Below, piece after piece: positions 16,001-31,000 of a stretch of DNA of 64,000 nucleotides (positions are counted from its first letter, which is position 1; each line of letters begins with the position of its first letter). The notes beneath the pieces were generated by a model, which was given only the letters and a program-made list of their open reading frames with translations, ran no database searches and was not told where the DNA came from. A program made the translations under genes and the position numbers. Source of the stretch: Mytilus edulis (Eukaryota); assembly GCF_963676685.1 (NCBI RefSeq), contig NC_092346.1, forward strand, positions 98,580,001-98,644,000, given 5' to 3'.

Positions 16001-19000
16001 GCTCTAGATGTTTGATCGTACACTCCATCCTCGCATGTACGTACTAATATTGTCCTATTTAGATAGCATGTTATATAGTAAGGTGTGTTTTGTCGTCCCG
16101 GGAAAGTATTATTGCCATCCTGTAATCCAATACAAGAAGGCAGTCGATCTACACAAGGTTCACAATTGAGAGCTGGTTCTCCGCCTGGACCTATACACTG
16201 ATTTTGTAAATATTCACCTGACAAAAAAAATGTTAATTCTTATCTCAGGTTCAGATTAATATGGTTTACAAACAGTTCACGCTGCAAATTATAGTTGCTA
16301 CATTTTATGTATCGTTTATGTATATGAACTCATCATAGATACCAGGAATAAATTTTGTATATACGCCAGACGCGCGTTTGGTCTACAAAAGACTCATCAG
16401 TGACGCTCGAATCCAAAAAAGTTATAAAAAGCCAAATAAAGTACGAAGTTGAAGAGCATTGAGATCCAAAATTCCTAAAAGTGTTGCCAAATGCAGCTAA
16501 GATAATATATGCCTGAGGTAGAAAAGCCTTAGTATTTCAAAAAATTCAAAATTTTGTAAACAGTTAATTTATAAATATACCAATATCAATGATAATGCAT
16601 GTCAGCACAAAGAGTGCTGTTTTACTGGGCTTGTGACATTTGTCACATTTAACAGGGGAACATATTAGATGGTGAGTAGATTTATCTAATTTCTGTTGAT
16701 AGAAATAAACTGATACTTTCAAATGTTACTGCATAAATGTGTTCTACCGTATATTTTATAAATTAGTATATATTCGAAAAAAACAATCATATCAGATAAG
16801 TTTGAATAGAAAAAAGTAATTACAAGGTTTTACTGGCATATATCTTTCTCCGCAATTGACTTTTGTGAACAGTTCACATGATTGTGAGGTTGTCGAGTAA
16901 AGCTGTGGATATGGACATTCCTGTTTATAAGGACTTGTCGAAGAACCAGTGCTAGAACAGTCATAGTAAATAGCACAGCTTGTTGGGTCTTCTACCTTGG
17001 CTCTTGAATTTAAATTACAAAATGCTTGTGGGTTACCTGAAATAGATAAATGTATTCATACTAATTTTTCTATACAACTCTCACTGTATTAACGTGTATG
17101 TGACCATTTAGAAATGTATGAACCACCAAAATATAATATTTGTATAGTAAACGTTCTGTGTCTTATGACGATATCACTGCATCTTTATATATATCATTCT
17201 TTTCTTTCCTTTTTCGTCGTCAATAAAATATTCTATTATCATAAAATAATATATGAAACACTCATATAGCAGACAACTTCTTGAAGGTATTTTCTGATTT
17301 GCAATTTTCACGATTGCTTGAATTGTATTTAATTTTACTAAAGCATACCAATTAACCACAAGTCCATAGAAATATGTATTATGAGCAACGAATGAAAAGC
17401 AAAAGCTTACTTGGATCAAACTTGACAGAGCAGGATCCAGTCAGCGGATCAAACTGTCCTAGTTTACATGTTTCCGTTCTTAGGGTTCTATCAGATAAAC
17501 ACACAATGTACTTGTTCGGTTGGTTTGGAAACGGGTGGTTTCCATCTGGCATACCATAACAACTGGGAAATCTTTGATCACATGGAATACAATTTGTTGG
17601 ATCCCTACATATCAGATTCTGCTCGTAATCACCTAATAAAAGAAAATAAATGTTACCATTTTCAGAAACTACAAGGAGTAGGAGAAAATTAAATTTGTCA
17701 GTACTCGGTTAAAATAACTGTAGAGAGTAATTCTAAACGCCAGTTTATTCGAGTATGGCGTCGATATGAATCTGATTTGTATATAATTGAAGTTAATCAT
17801 TTACTTTAGAAAAGGTTTTCTTCAAATATAGTACCTGCATTTGTTAGAATTTCATGCTTGTATACAGACTTATAACAATATAACATGCCTGGTAATAGTT
17901 CTAACTTACATGCATTCTTTGGTTCAGGTCTAGCTCCACATTGAACAGACTGGAATGTTTTACATGGTAAACCAGTAGCATCCCCCAGTGATACCAGCTG
18001 AGGATAAGGACATTCCTGTCTGTAGTTTCCTAACGGTGTGTTCTTTTGTCTACAGTCTATATACTGAGCACAATTATCTGGATGTGGCACAACAGCTGTC
18101 GGGTTGGCTTCGCAGTAAGGACCAGGGTTTACTTAAAAATGGAAAGTAATATCTTAAGTAAGAGACAATAGTAGTGTATAGATGTTCAATGCTTGTAAAG
18201 TCATTTGTCATACACAATCCATGAGCTAACGGAACGGCATTCTTATCAGTTAATCCAAAATATAACAATATAAGGCTCTGTTGCGGATGCAGGAATTAAA
18301 AAAGGAGCCCCCAGGTGAGCTAACGTTTTGGATAAAAAGTCTAGAAATTTATTATGTATGTAGCTCCATAAGGCCCCTCTCTTAAATCCCGTTTAAGCTT
18401 GTTTGTCTGTGCAGATCGGTACTAGTGGCACAAAAGGCAGTCAAGGTAAACACTATCGATAACTTCAAACCTATGATTTTAACAAATGATACTCGCACAC
18501 TGTGTTGTAGTACAATAGGTTAAAACCTGTGACACATGAATAAGAAGTGTATCCCATTTACACTGCAAAGCTGAACATAAAAACTGTCTTTACACTTTTA
18601 AGAAATGAAAAGACAACATCTTTAGAGATGATACTTATGTTGATAAATGAATCACTATAATAACGGCTGGTAAAAGAAAACTATGAAGGAGAAGATTCAG
18701 ATAGTATGTTAAGATTGGCATTCAATACAATGGTACAATGTCCATTACAGACCAAAAAGAAGAATTGAACTTAATACTAAATGGATGTTACGTGAATTAT
18801 GTGTCAAAGTACGAATGACGCATATTACGCAAAAAAGGTATCGTCATGGACTAAGTTTAACAGTACAAAAATACACAAGCTATAGATATCATGATAGTGT
18901 GCTACATTGATCAATTATACTTACAGGGGTTAAGTGTAAACTGTACATGACCCACTGGTAACATCAAAGTTTGAAGTAGTGGGAGGACATTGTGTTACAC

Positions 19001-22000
19001 TGATCAACAATACTTACAGGGGTTAAGTGTAACTGTACATGAACCACTGGTTACATCAAAGTTTGGAGCAGTAGGTGGACATTGTGTTACACTGATGGTA
19101 CGTTCATCTTTACATTGCATGAAATATTCTGGTTTATTTGGTACGGCTTGTGGTCCATCACGTTTACCGACACAGTTGGGGTTATCTAATTCACATGGAC
19201 GACAGTTTCCAACGGGAACACATATCTTCTGTTTCTGATAATCACCTTCATTAATTGAAACGAACAATATAGTTTTAATCCTGGGTCTCACGAATGTACA
19301 TAAAGAGACAGTAAGACAAATCAATTCGTTTCGTTGAAATCGTCATTTCAAACTTTTAAATGCAACTTTTGTTGTTATTTTTTTAAAACAATTTTTGTTT
19401 TTGATAATTTAATGAAGCTGCTTTAAATAAATCTGTGATTTATACTAAATAGTTATTAACTACATATAGGGTTCTCCCTATTAACAATAATTTCAACAAT
19501 AAAGATTTTATACTCTACTTTTCACATCGAATTTCATTTTAAAAAGACATTGGAATATTTCGGATCAATCACTCTGTTTTATTATATCGTAGAGGGTTAT
19601 ATATTGGTTTTAACCGAGAACAGTGAATTGTATTTTTTTCCTACATTTGCCAAATTCAATGCATTTGAATTGAAATGCTTTTGACCAGAAACTTGACAAA
19701 GTTGTTGTTTGTTTTGATTTGTATCTAAATAGACAATTAACGTTTAACTACTTAGAATTAAGTTTTTTTTGTCGGTTTTTTTTTTTAATATAATTGCACT
19801 TTAAACTGGCAAAGCTTTTGGGTATGCTTTTCTGTGTGGTAACGTGTTGTAGACTCGACTCATTATTTTTTCTCGGAAGCTGAAAAAATTCTGTATGGTC
19901 TGTATATTCACTCGGTTATAAATGCATTGGACTTTCCATATCTAACATTATTGCAAGAGCTTAATAAACTGTGGGATCAATTTTATGATGACATTGTTTT
20001 CAATAACTCTTATTACACCTCTAAACCTTATATACTCACATGGGGCTTTTGGTTCTGGTCTGTTTCCACATTTGACCTCTCTATAAGGTTTACATGAGTT
20101 GTTAAAGCTATCAAATAGTTGTGGATATGCACATTCCTCCTGGTAGTTGCCTATCAGTGTATTCCTATTCCTACAATCTACATATCTGGCACAACTTTCC
20201 GGGTGTAGCATTATAGCTGTAGGGTTATTCTCACAGAACGTTACAGGATCAGCTACAATACATTGATTAATATATTTAAGTGCACATTCACGACATTTTC
20301 GATATTGGACCTCATAATATGCCTAATATATATCTTACTCTACTAAATAATATGTGCTGTTGAAACAACGCAGAAATGAGTTTGTTCACAGTTGATTAAG
20401 ATTGGGGATAAAACATTTACCGTTCATGAATACAAAGTTCTCTTAATTCTCCAAATGTTTGTTAAACATAAAGTCTAATTGTTAAAAAAAGATACCAGAG
20501 GGACATTTAAACTACATAATTCGAAAATAAACTGACTAAATTGTTGCGGTTACAGTTAGGAATATTGACTGATTTTGACGACAAAATACCTAACATAAAT
20601 CTGTTTTGCAATCAAAACGACTATCGGAAAACTTTTGAAGAAGCAAATTCTTTTATATGTGAATCTATAATGAAATAAAGTCAGCGAGATCCAACTTTGC
20701 AAGAATAGAACAATGCAACACAGATTAAGTAATATAGGGGCAGCTAAAGATATACTTGAAAACAAATCCGAACCTAAAATTCAGCCTCGTGTTGCAGCGA
20801 CTGTTGTCGCAGATTTGTAATTATTGTCAACTATATACCCTTGCTAAAGATAACGGTTTTAATTTACTTGGTTTCTACAGAAATAAAATCAGAGACAACC
20901 CTTAATAAGGTTTGCATGACTTGTATCGTGGTTAATTGTTCCTATAAATTTACTTCAAAGAAGCGATAGTAGTAATCATTTTATGGGAAGTTATTTTCCT
21001 CCTGAAAACACATCCTCACATTGATTTTTGTACTGTTACGGTATATCATATTTTAAACGGAATATTCCCTTAAAACCGCACTTATATTTTTATATATATG
21101 AATTATTAAAGATGTCAACAAATTTACTTACTGTATTGTTAGTAGTATCATTAGTTTTGGTGCTTGCAAAGCGTGGTCTAAAACAGCTTACTTTTGCTTT
21201 TGTTATTTTTTTAGTTTATAAATTAGGAAATACATTTCACATTTATTACTTTAACAAACAGACAATGTTGCTAAATATTCCTTTGTGTTCATTATTGTGT
21301 AGACGCACGTGCAACCATGATAAGCAAACAACACATTGCAAAGCTGTAACATTCAAATAAAAGAAATATCATGCAGTATATTGGCAAAACAATTACACAA
21401 CATATATGCACATGATATTGCCTACTACATTGGTTATTATATGTTGAGTATACTTTCTCAAAGCAAATGCATTGCAGTTTTGTTCATATACAGATGCAGC
21501 AGCGCTTGTGAATGTCAATACATACAAATGTGCACCACACGTAAAGCTGATATTGCGCTGCAAATACCAATACTTGTCTCTTACATGGAGTATAGCCTTC
21601 TAAACAGACTCCATTTACAGTATCAAATACCTCTGCAGGACAAACTACAATTTTAGTTGGTTTTTTGTCCACACAGTACATATATATAAACATCTCTTTC
21701 ATCTGGTGCCATCCGTCTTGTAAACTGGAACAAAAGCTTGGAGACTTAGTACATCTACCTAAAGACTCGTCAAATCTATACCTTTTACATCTCCTTACTT
21801 TTACTACTTCCTGATCAGTGCAAGTCATGTAGTGAATGTCACTTCCGGGTAAGGCGAATCGTCCATCTTGTTTTCCACGACATGCTGAAGGAAGACATTT
21901 TCCCTCCAAGAAATCGAATACATCTGGACTACAGGTATTCTTTCCTGCAAATGACCCCTTTACACAACCATAATATGTTGTGCCATCCTCATGTCCATAG

Positions 22001-25000
22001 TTTCCATCAGGCATTCGTTCGCAAGAAAATTCAGGCTTAACACAAATAGATTTTCTGGAATCAAAAACAGACGGACTACAATCCCCAACACTGGTCTGTC
22101 TGCCATTTGTACACACTATGTATTGGAATATATTTGATGTTGGATAATTACCATCTGACAATCCACTACATTTAGACTTCTGCTGCTGTGAACATTGTTT
22201 AGAACGTGCATCAAACAGTAGAGGTTCACAGCTTCCAAATTCGACAACATTTTGATTAAAACAAAGTACATAATTTGATTCTGAACCTTGCATGGACTGT
22301 TTCCCGTTAGGTAGGCCTTCACATGTATTAACAGCCGTCTCACAACCTTTCATTGATGGATTGAAGCTATAAGGGGCGCAGCTAACAGTAGTAAAGAACC
22401 TCCCCTGCTTACAAACGGCGTACTCCATTTTATTGTCCACAATAGGAATGTTTCCCGCCATTACACCTGCGCATATGTTCAATGTGTCAACACAGGGGAC
22501 GCAGTTTCTGTCATTGACATCGCATCTTTGGTTTCCAAGGAAACCGCCTGTGGATTGATATCAGGTTTATGTTAATCAAATATCATTTTAAACAAAAACA
22601 AATAGGAAGTTCTGCAACAAAACGTAATCAAGTTTCAATCTATGATTTAATAAATGATTGTTTAGTAGTAACTCTAGAAAGGTATATAAATTGATCTAGT
22701 ACTAAATTAATATTAAAATGTATCGATACGTAAAGTGGATAAAAATATTCCTGCTGTTACACTAAAGGCAACAACAGCAACAAAAGTCTATTGTCTATTT
22801 TTGAGTATTACGTGTGTCGTTGTCCTTTAAATTAAACAAAATAAAAAAAATATCTTTGAAAAGTTCTTATATCGTGATAAAAAGTATATTCAAACAAATA
22901 AAAAGCAGAAATATAGATAACCAATAAAAAAATTGAAACAAGGGATACCAGATTTGAAATAATCTTCTGCAAAAATAAATTGCCTTATATTAACATGACT
23001 TACAAGGATCTTTAGGTTCATATCGCCATTGACAGTCAGCTTCCACTGGAGGAACACACCTAAGGAGGTCAATGTTAAACAGCGTAGGGTAAGTACACTC
23101 CCTCTGGTATTTACCAAATACTGGGTCTGATTCGATAGCACCGCAGTCATAGTATCGAGCACAATTAGCAATGTGTGGAAATTTGATGTTTGGTTTGTCT
23201 TGGCAAAATACCTGAACAGAATCTGAAACAACAAAAACAATATTATAACAAATGGTAGCATTTTAATGTAAATGCTTCATACATGCATGTAAGTACATCA
23301 GCTTATGAGTAACAGACAACCCCCGTTCATTGACCTATAATGGTTTACTTTTATAAATTGTTATTTGGATGGAGAGTTGTCTCATTGGCACTCACACCAC
23401 ATCTTCCTATATCTATATACTTTAATCTTTTCCAGTAGAAATTTAAATGCATACATGTACCACATAATCAGCATTCAAACTTTCCCCAGTAAAACACATT
23501 TTCAGCCTAATAGTTTACTCACATGGATCTAGATCTGTTGTACAATACTTCTTCGTTGGGTCATAGACACCATATTTACATATACCGACAGAAAGTGTCC
23601 TGTTACGAAGGCAGGTCATATAGAATGGAGTAAGTTCTCTTCCGGGAAAAGTATTGTTTCCATCTGCCATACCAACACAAGATGGCGATCGTTCTTCGCA
23701 TGGTATTGCACACGATTCTCCTTGACAAGAATTGCGTGTGGTAACATAATCACCTAAAACATAATGGAATATAAAAAGAACAACTGTTTAAGAAATAGTA
23801 GTTTTATTAAAATTATATATAAACATTTTTTAACGTGTATGTAAAAAGTAAAATCACAAAAATACTGAACTCTGATTTATGATTGGATACTATCTTCAAA
23901 ATTATTATTTTCCCATATCGCATTAATTACAATATGACATCAACACTTATATGAACTGAACATGCAGTAAAGCAAATAACGCCTTGACGTTAAAGATCTT
24001 TCGCAAAACGTTTGCTGTGTAACGCACAGCTAAATGAAAATTATATGTCCAAATGTAAAAAAGTTCTTTTTGTGTGTTAAAAAACTTCTTATTATTTAAT
24101 ATAACATTTTTTTCTGAATGAATCGTTATTTCAGACTAAAACAGTATTAATATTAGTTAGAAATGTATTATACTCACATGGAGACATTGCTTCAAACCTC
24201 CTGCCACATGTTACCGCAGGGAAATCATTACAGTATCCTAGAGTTGTGTCAAACAGTTGTGGGTACGGACATTCGGCTTGGAACGAATTAAGTCCTTGAA
24301 ATGTGATTCTCTGACTACAGTTGTAATACCGTGCACAGTTGTCTGGGTCTTGTTGTATGGCCAATGGATTTCCCGCACAAGGCCCGGATCCTATTGGAGG
24401 AATGATTGGACCAGTTGGACCAGTTGGAGGTCTGGTAGGAAAAAAAGGAGGTGTGACAGGTGGTTGAGTAGGCGGTTGTACAGGAGGTCGTACTGGAGGT
24501 CGTACTGGTGGTTGAACTGGAGGTTGAAAGGGTGGCTGCACTGGAGGTCTTACAGGTCGAAAAGGTAGAACTGGTTCGAGTGGACTTGTTCCACTGCCTT
24601 GATCAGGAGTTCCAGCTTTTAATTTGTAAAATAAAATTGTAAATGTTAAGTATTTCCATACAATAATTTCTCAGTGTTATATTTAACGTTTATTTATGTA
24701 TTATTTATCTTTTTAATCTTTCAAAAGCTGCAAATCAAAAGTGTTTAATGTTTGAGTCCATTTGAGATAATCAATATATGAACAAACAATATGTATGCTT
24801 TGTAGGGTAAATTAAAAAATCGCTTCGGAACAATAAAAATGAAGAATTAATTTTCTTAATGTATATACATATTTACACGTGTAAAATTTCACATTGAAAT
24901 GTAACTTACGATTAGCCAATCCACTTCCAGATGTAGAACACCCTCTGAGATTTTGTGAGAATAACTCTCCTGGATTACACGTCCTTGTTTCTACTGTGCG

Positions 25001-28000
25001 GTCCATCCGACAGACAAGGTATCTATTGTCATATCCAGGAAATGGATTTTGACCATCCGGTAAACCTACACAGGACGGTATCACCCCATCACCACATCGA
25101 GGACAATTTCTTCCGAAACAACTGTTTTGTCCATATTCACCTGAGAAAGATAATGGAAGCACCATTGAAAACTAAGAACGATTCCTGGGGACATATTAAC
25201 ACACACAGATAATCAATGCCGAGTTGAATTACATCCTAAACTTCAAAATGAGTACTGTTTTACAATATCGTTCTATACTTGATAATAATGAAAAATGTTC
25301 GTGAACATTTCGTTTTATTTCTTATCAGTGTACGCCATGATAAAAAAAAAAATACGAATCGTTTGCATCTCATTTTCGTAACACGTTTGTTTTGCTTAAA
25401 ATCACTGCATTTCAGGTACCATTTACTTTCTATATACAAATGATGATTGTAGTTATACTATCTTGCTACAGCAGAGGTGAAGTGCATTATACTGGAAAAC
25501 TGCTTCTTTGCTTGTTTTTATTTCTTTTTTTTACCAAACTCAACGCCGGTATCGTTTTTTTCAATTAGAAAGAGTTAAAAGTGCATTGCTGGTTTTTAGA
25601 ACTTTGTTGAATACTTAGTCGGAAAAAACTCAAAATATACCAATGCGTATTTAGTGATTATATTTTTGGTGGGTAGGGGTTTCTCACTTGTGTAGCTTAA
25701 GTTAGACACTTCCTATAAGTAAAAGTGATCCTTTCGCTGGTAACTGAAATAAAGAAACGATATAGAAACTTACATGGTGATAAGGGTTCAATTTTAGATC
25801 CACACTGCACATCTGAAAAGTCTATACACCTTTGATATCGTTCTGAATACAGAAGTGGGTAGCGACATTCTCCTTCGTATTTGTTAAAGTTTTCACGTGG
25901 TCTTGTCAGCTTACAGTCATAATAACGTGAACATATGCGTGGATGTGCAATCTTTGCATCGACACTGGATGCGCAGTAAACGTCTAGTGCCACTGGAAAA
26001 AATGGTATGTTTATTATAAAAAAAACAAAAGAAAAATTCTACGCAAAATTATTTTCGAATATGTATAATTATGTGTACATTTTGTAGATTTGAAAAAACA
26101 AACTATGCATTGTCCTTAAATACATATTTCATGGTTTGAATGTTTGTATTTAAAAATATTACTAATATACTCAAACATGCATACTTTATATAGTAGCTAT
26201 TCACATTGATTTAAGTCTTCGTTGTCTTTTTGTATAACAGTTTAATAAATGTATATCAATAGAGGATAATTTTTCGTACTCCATGCGGCTAAATGTCAAT
26301 GTATGTGGACAAAATCGTCCTTACAACATGTTTAGATATTATTGAAATTACGAGGATATTTCACCCTCGCCCTTTTTTTGTTAGAAATAAAGAGTATTTC
26401 TGTATTCTTTCATTGCTTACTTTCTGCGTCTCCAAATCTTCATGACATAATTTTCAATCTCCAATTAAAATCAAAGTTCAGTTACTTACTTGGGTCTAGA
26501 TCGAGTGTACACTTTCCTTGAATAGGATCGAATAACATTGTGTCTGTGCACGTCTTAATTGCTTTTGTTTTATTATTGAAGCATACAAGGAAATATTCCG
26601 TAAGCAGACGTCCAGGATATGCCTTTGCTCCATTTGGATGCCCTTCACATCCTACTTGTTGTGACTCACATGGTGGACAGTTTGGTCCTCTACACTGACT
26701 CAGTTTGTAATCGCCTATAATAGATAGATTAGTGAATCATTACGTTATATATAATTAACCTGTTTGGCAGCAATGTTGCATCATAACTTTCTTCTTAGGA
26801 AAAGGTTATATTTCACTTACTGTTTGGCGGCAATGTTGCATCTTCACTTTCTACTTAGGAAAAGATTATATTTCACTTACTGTCCGCAATCGTTGAGAAG
26901 CTTAAATAGCGATATTAGTTGGATAAACTGAAATCGGTGTAAAAATTCTTGTTTTATTATAAGAAATCAGTGTCAAAAAATCTTTTTTTTTTTTACTGGA
27001 AATCAGTGTAAAATCTTTTCGAGATCTGAATTAGAATGTATTTCAATTACACAGCGCCTAAGCTACTGCCATTCATGTGACATACGATATAAAAAAAATC
27101 AACATCCGTATTAGTTTAGGCAAGTATTACTAGTAATATCATCGTGTTTATTACCTAGCATTTGGTGTTAATATGGTCTCTTTCTAATAAGTCACTTCAA
27201 TTTTTGGCAAGTTACATCCTTTCAAATAATTTTGAACGTATTGAATTTTTTTTGGCCTGGAACTGCGTCACTTTTTTAAAATTGAGTGTGTGTTGGTTGT
27301 TTAACGTCCACTGGCAAATATTACATGCATCTCGTTCAACACATTAGTAATTAACACAATCGAGTGGTACCGTAATATGGGCTGTTCGTGTTAAATGTCG
27401 GAACAATTCGAGTTCCACTTGGTAAGATAATATTGGATAGAAATTTTTCTTTCAACAGGTCACCTACAGACCCCTCAAAGAGTTAGTCACAAGGGTTCTT
27501 AATGTGCAGAGAGCGCGGCACTCTCTTTACAAGGGGGGTCGGATTATACATTCAGACAGGACGTGGCTGCGTATTTACAAATGAAAAATGAAAAGATCTA
27601 TTTAAAATTTAGATTATTTGATATCGAGCGTTATACAATAGAATGTCGTTATGACAAGTAAATTTTTGCACCAAATGGCCTAAATATATTTCCCTTTCAC
27701 ACAAAAAATAATTTCTACAAATTTGTTGGTTAGTTTTTAAAAGTAAACGATGACATCACAAGCTCTATTTTTTGCTAGTTTTACCTTCTAAATTGGAGTG
27801 GGTGAATTTGTGGTCTGGCACCTAAACGTGTAACAGCTGACCTGGTCGTTCAAGAAATATATTTTATCGCATTTGCTGACCAATGAAATTACAGAAAAAT
27901 AACATAACTTTATTACTAGTATGTCTTTCATTCCTATCGGGTTTTTTTTAATTTGAATAAGAAAAAAAGTGCTAAATATAAATAAATATTCAAATCATAG

Positions 28001-31000
28001 ACTTCATATCTTATTTGACGTATAGTCTTTCCATATCTTATTTACCTAGATATTAAGCATACTTACATGGCGTAACCGGTCTGTATCGTTCTTCACATTC
28101 TACATACTTATAGTCATCACATGTTAAAGTATCAGTATTGAACAGCTGAGGATATGGACATTCCTTCAAGTATGGCGTTCTTTTATTACCAAAATCACTA
28201 CAGTCATAATATCTTGCACAGTTTTTGTCATGGACTAACTTAGCTCTGGGATACTGAGGACAATATGTGTCTACTACATCTGAAATATTAGAAAAATATA
28301 CTCTAAGCTGTTGGTACCTCAAAATTAAGATCAACGTCTAACAGCTCACTTTGAGAAGTTAGAATAAACAAGACATAGTACTTCATGCAAATACCTACCA
28401 TGTAATTCTAGTCTACAGCTTCTAAGTATATTATATAGCATCTACTGTAAGAAAACTATCAAAGATACCAAGCTTATAATCTGGTACCCCAGACGCACGC
28501 GTGTGTCTTCATAAGACTCGTCAGTGGCGCTTAAATAAAAACAGTAGGAAGTAAGAGTAAATATGAACAACAGTTTTGAATTCAGAAGTACGACTTAGAC
28601 CGTTTATGTCTAGGGTAGAAATACATGTCTTTTTTTTACTTTTGTTTGGACGAAAGACAAGAAATGGCTAACTTATTTAAATGTTCGATTCTTTGATACA
28701 GTGAGATATAGCTACAAATTTGATATTTTTATATAGAATCTGGTTTTTAATATAGTATCCAGCCATTTTATTTAATTAGAATAACTTGAATTGTAAACAA
28801 TGAACTTAAGATAAAAACCAAAGGGACAGTAACAGATAGAAAGACACAAATATGCCAAAAGCAGGGAAAACAAATGAATACATTTTAGGAAAGCTGCCAG
28901 AGGTTGATATAATCAAGCTACTTGTTTTTCAGTTGTCATTCTAAGATATGAATAGATTTTTTTCTTTTTTATAAATTGTAGTTCATAACACAATGTAACA
29001 AAGTTAACAAAATAAGAGACTATAAATCATAGAATTCAAAGCAAACACAAGCTACATTTCCAAAATGCAAGCTAACTGGGAAAGGAGTTGTACATATTTC
29101 TAATTTTGTTACTTTCCACATTGCTATATGTGCTACTATATATTGTGTCACTTTGAATATAGATAAAATTATATTTCATATCTATTTTGCTAAACTTCAA
29201 ATCACTACTTGATATGACTTCGATGTAGTATAAATTGCTTTATTTTTGCTTTCAAATTCTAAAATACAACAGGAATAATGTGATATACTATTTCAATAAA
29301 AACTACCTCTACTGAATAACAAGATTTACCTTTTGAACTAGGCAAACTAAATTTTGATAAACTTCATTTACTTACATCTCTCGTAATCTAAATTGATATT
29401 CAAGAATACTATCATTAACTCATTAAATAAAGCACTTGCAAATTAATGACGGAAAACAAACATAAATTGTACGAACGTTCATATTTTGAAATTAGTCATG
29501 ATAGCATACCAGTGTAAGAATAGAATTTGATTGGGTTGGGATTAACATGTTTAACCCCACCACGTTCTGTATGTATGTGCCTGTCCAAAGTCAGGAGCCT
29601 GCCATTCTGTGGTTGTCGTATGTTGCTGTGTTACATATTTGTTGTTCGTTCATTTTACTACACAAATAAGGCCGTTAGTTTTCTCGTTTGAATTGTTTCA
29701 CATTTTTCATTTCGGGGCTTTTTATAGCTGACTATGCGGTATGGGCTTTGCTAATTGTTGAAGGCCGTATTGTGACCTATAGTTGTTAACATCTGTGTTA
29801 GTTGGTCTCTCGTGGAGAGTTGTCTCATTGGCAATCCTACCACATCATCTTTTATTATATTGGAAGACTTTTTAATATGTCATTACTGATGGGTAGACAC
29901 ACGATGACCATTATCGATACACAATATTTAAATGTGAAGTAGTTATCGGGTCCATTGTTTGACATAAACTGTAAAAATCACAATAAAATGTTAGAGCTGA
30001 AGAATCTCTCAAGAATCAAAGGACAAGAATGCAATTACCTACACGTTACCGTAAGGTTTCGTAAATAAGCAAGAACCATAATCTATAGCAAGCTGTTTAA
30101 AGGTCATAAGTATGGAGAAAAACGTAGGAATTCTTAAGAGAATACCAACGGCCTGATTTTAATTAAAACGAAAAATGATGACGGTTGACAGCAATCAATC
30201 ACAATCAATTACTTACAGGCTCCTACGCACATGAAGAATGTGCCGGGTTCAAACATTTAGTCAATGTTCAACATTTGTCTAACATGGGATAGACCAAATC
30301 GAACTGAAAACAAGTCAGTTGAAAAGGGATATACTCATTAAATCGAAACTGAGCAGAAAAAAAGAAGATGTGGTATGATTGCCGATGAGACAACTCTCCA
30401 CAATTGACCAAAATGACACAGAAATTAACAACTATAGGTCACCGTAACACCTTAAACAGTGAGCAAAGCCCAAACCGCATAGTCAGCTATAAATGGCCCA
30501 GAAATAACAATGTAAAACAATTCAAACGAAAAAACTAATGCCCGTTAGTATATGCAAATTTTGACATTTTTGAGACTGTGTGATAGCGATAATTCTATTA
30601 ATACTGGTCAATCTATGAGACTTCTGGTTTTATATAATAAAGTGTCATATATATATATATATATATATTATTGCTCGAAAAGACTTTTTTTAATACCCTG
30701 TAAGTAATAGTATTAGTAGTACATGTCACTTATGGCATACTGACTGTTGTCCAAATCGGACAGGACTACTAAAATAGTAATAGCATTATTATATCATGTA
30801 ATATTATAGAATGTTGGGGTTTTTTCTTGATAGTTTTAGAAATCTGGCGGCTGTGATGATGATGATGATGATGATGTCACAGAACTTTGACGAACAAATT
30901 CATACGAATTTAATCCGCTAAAGGAAAGAACAAAAACGAATTTACTACCCAAAAGGAAAAAGCAAGTCCGGATTTAATCCCCGAAAGGAAAGAAGCCAGA

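Noticed and set aside
20556-20773. Hydrophobic minus-strand ORF with an in-phase acceptor, a possible membrane-anchored alternative end
   Set aside because: Hydrophobic ORFs arise readily in AT-rich DNA, and there is no family motif or other support.
21132-21177. Possible 46-nt exon (TTTTAG...GTAAGT) between exons 9 and 10
   Set aside because: Not a multiple of 3 and incompatible with the phase 1-1 frame.
24257-24568. Arg/Trp-rich plus-strand ORF
   Set aside because: Antisense shadow of the Pro-rich exon 6.
26760-26883. 60-bp duplication containing CAGTAAGTG as a sixth donor duplication
   Set aside because: No coding exon could be attached to these donor-like sites; they lie just upstream of the exon 3 acceptor.
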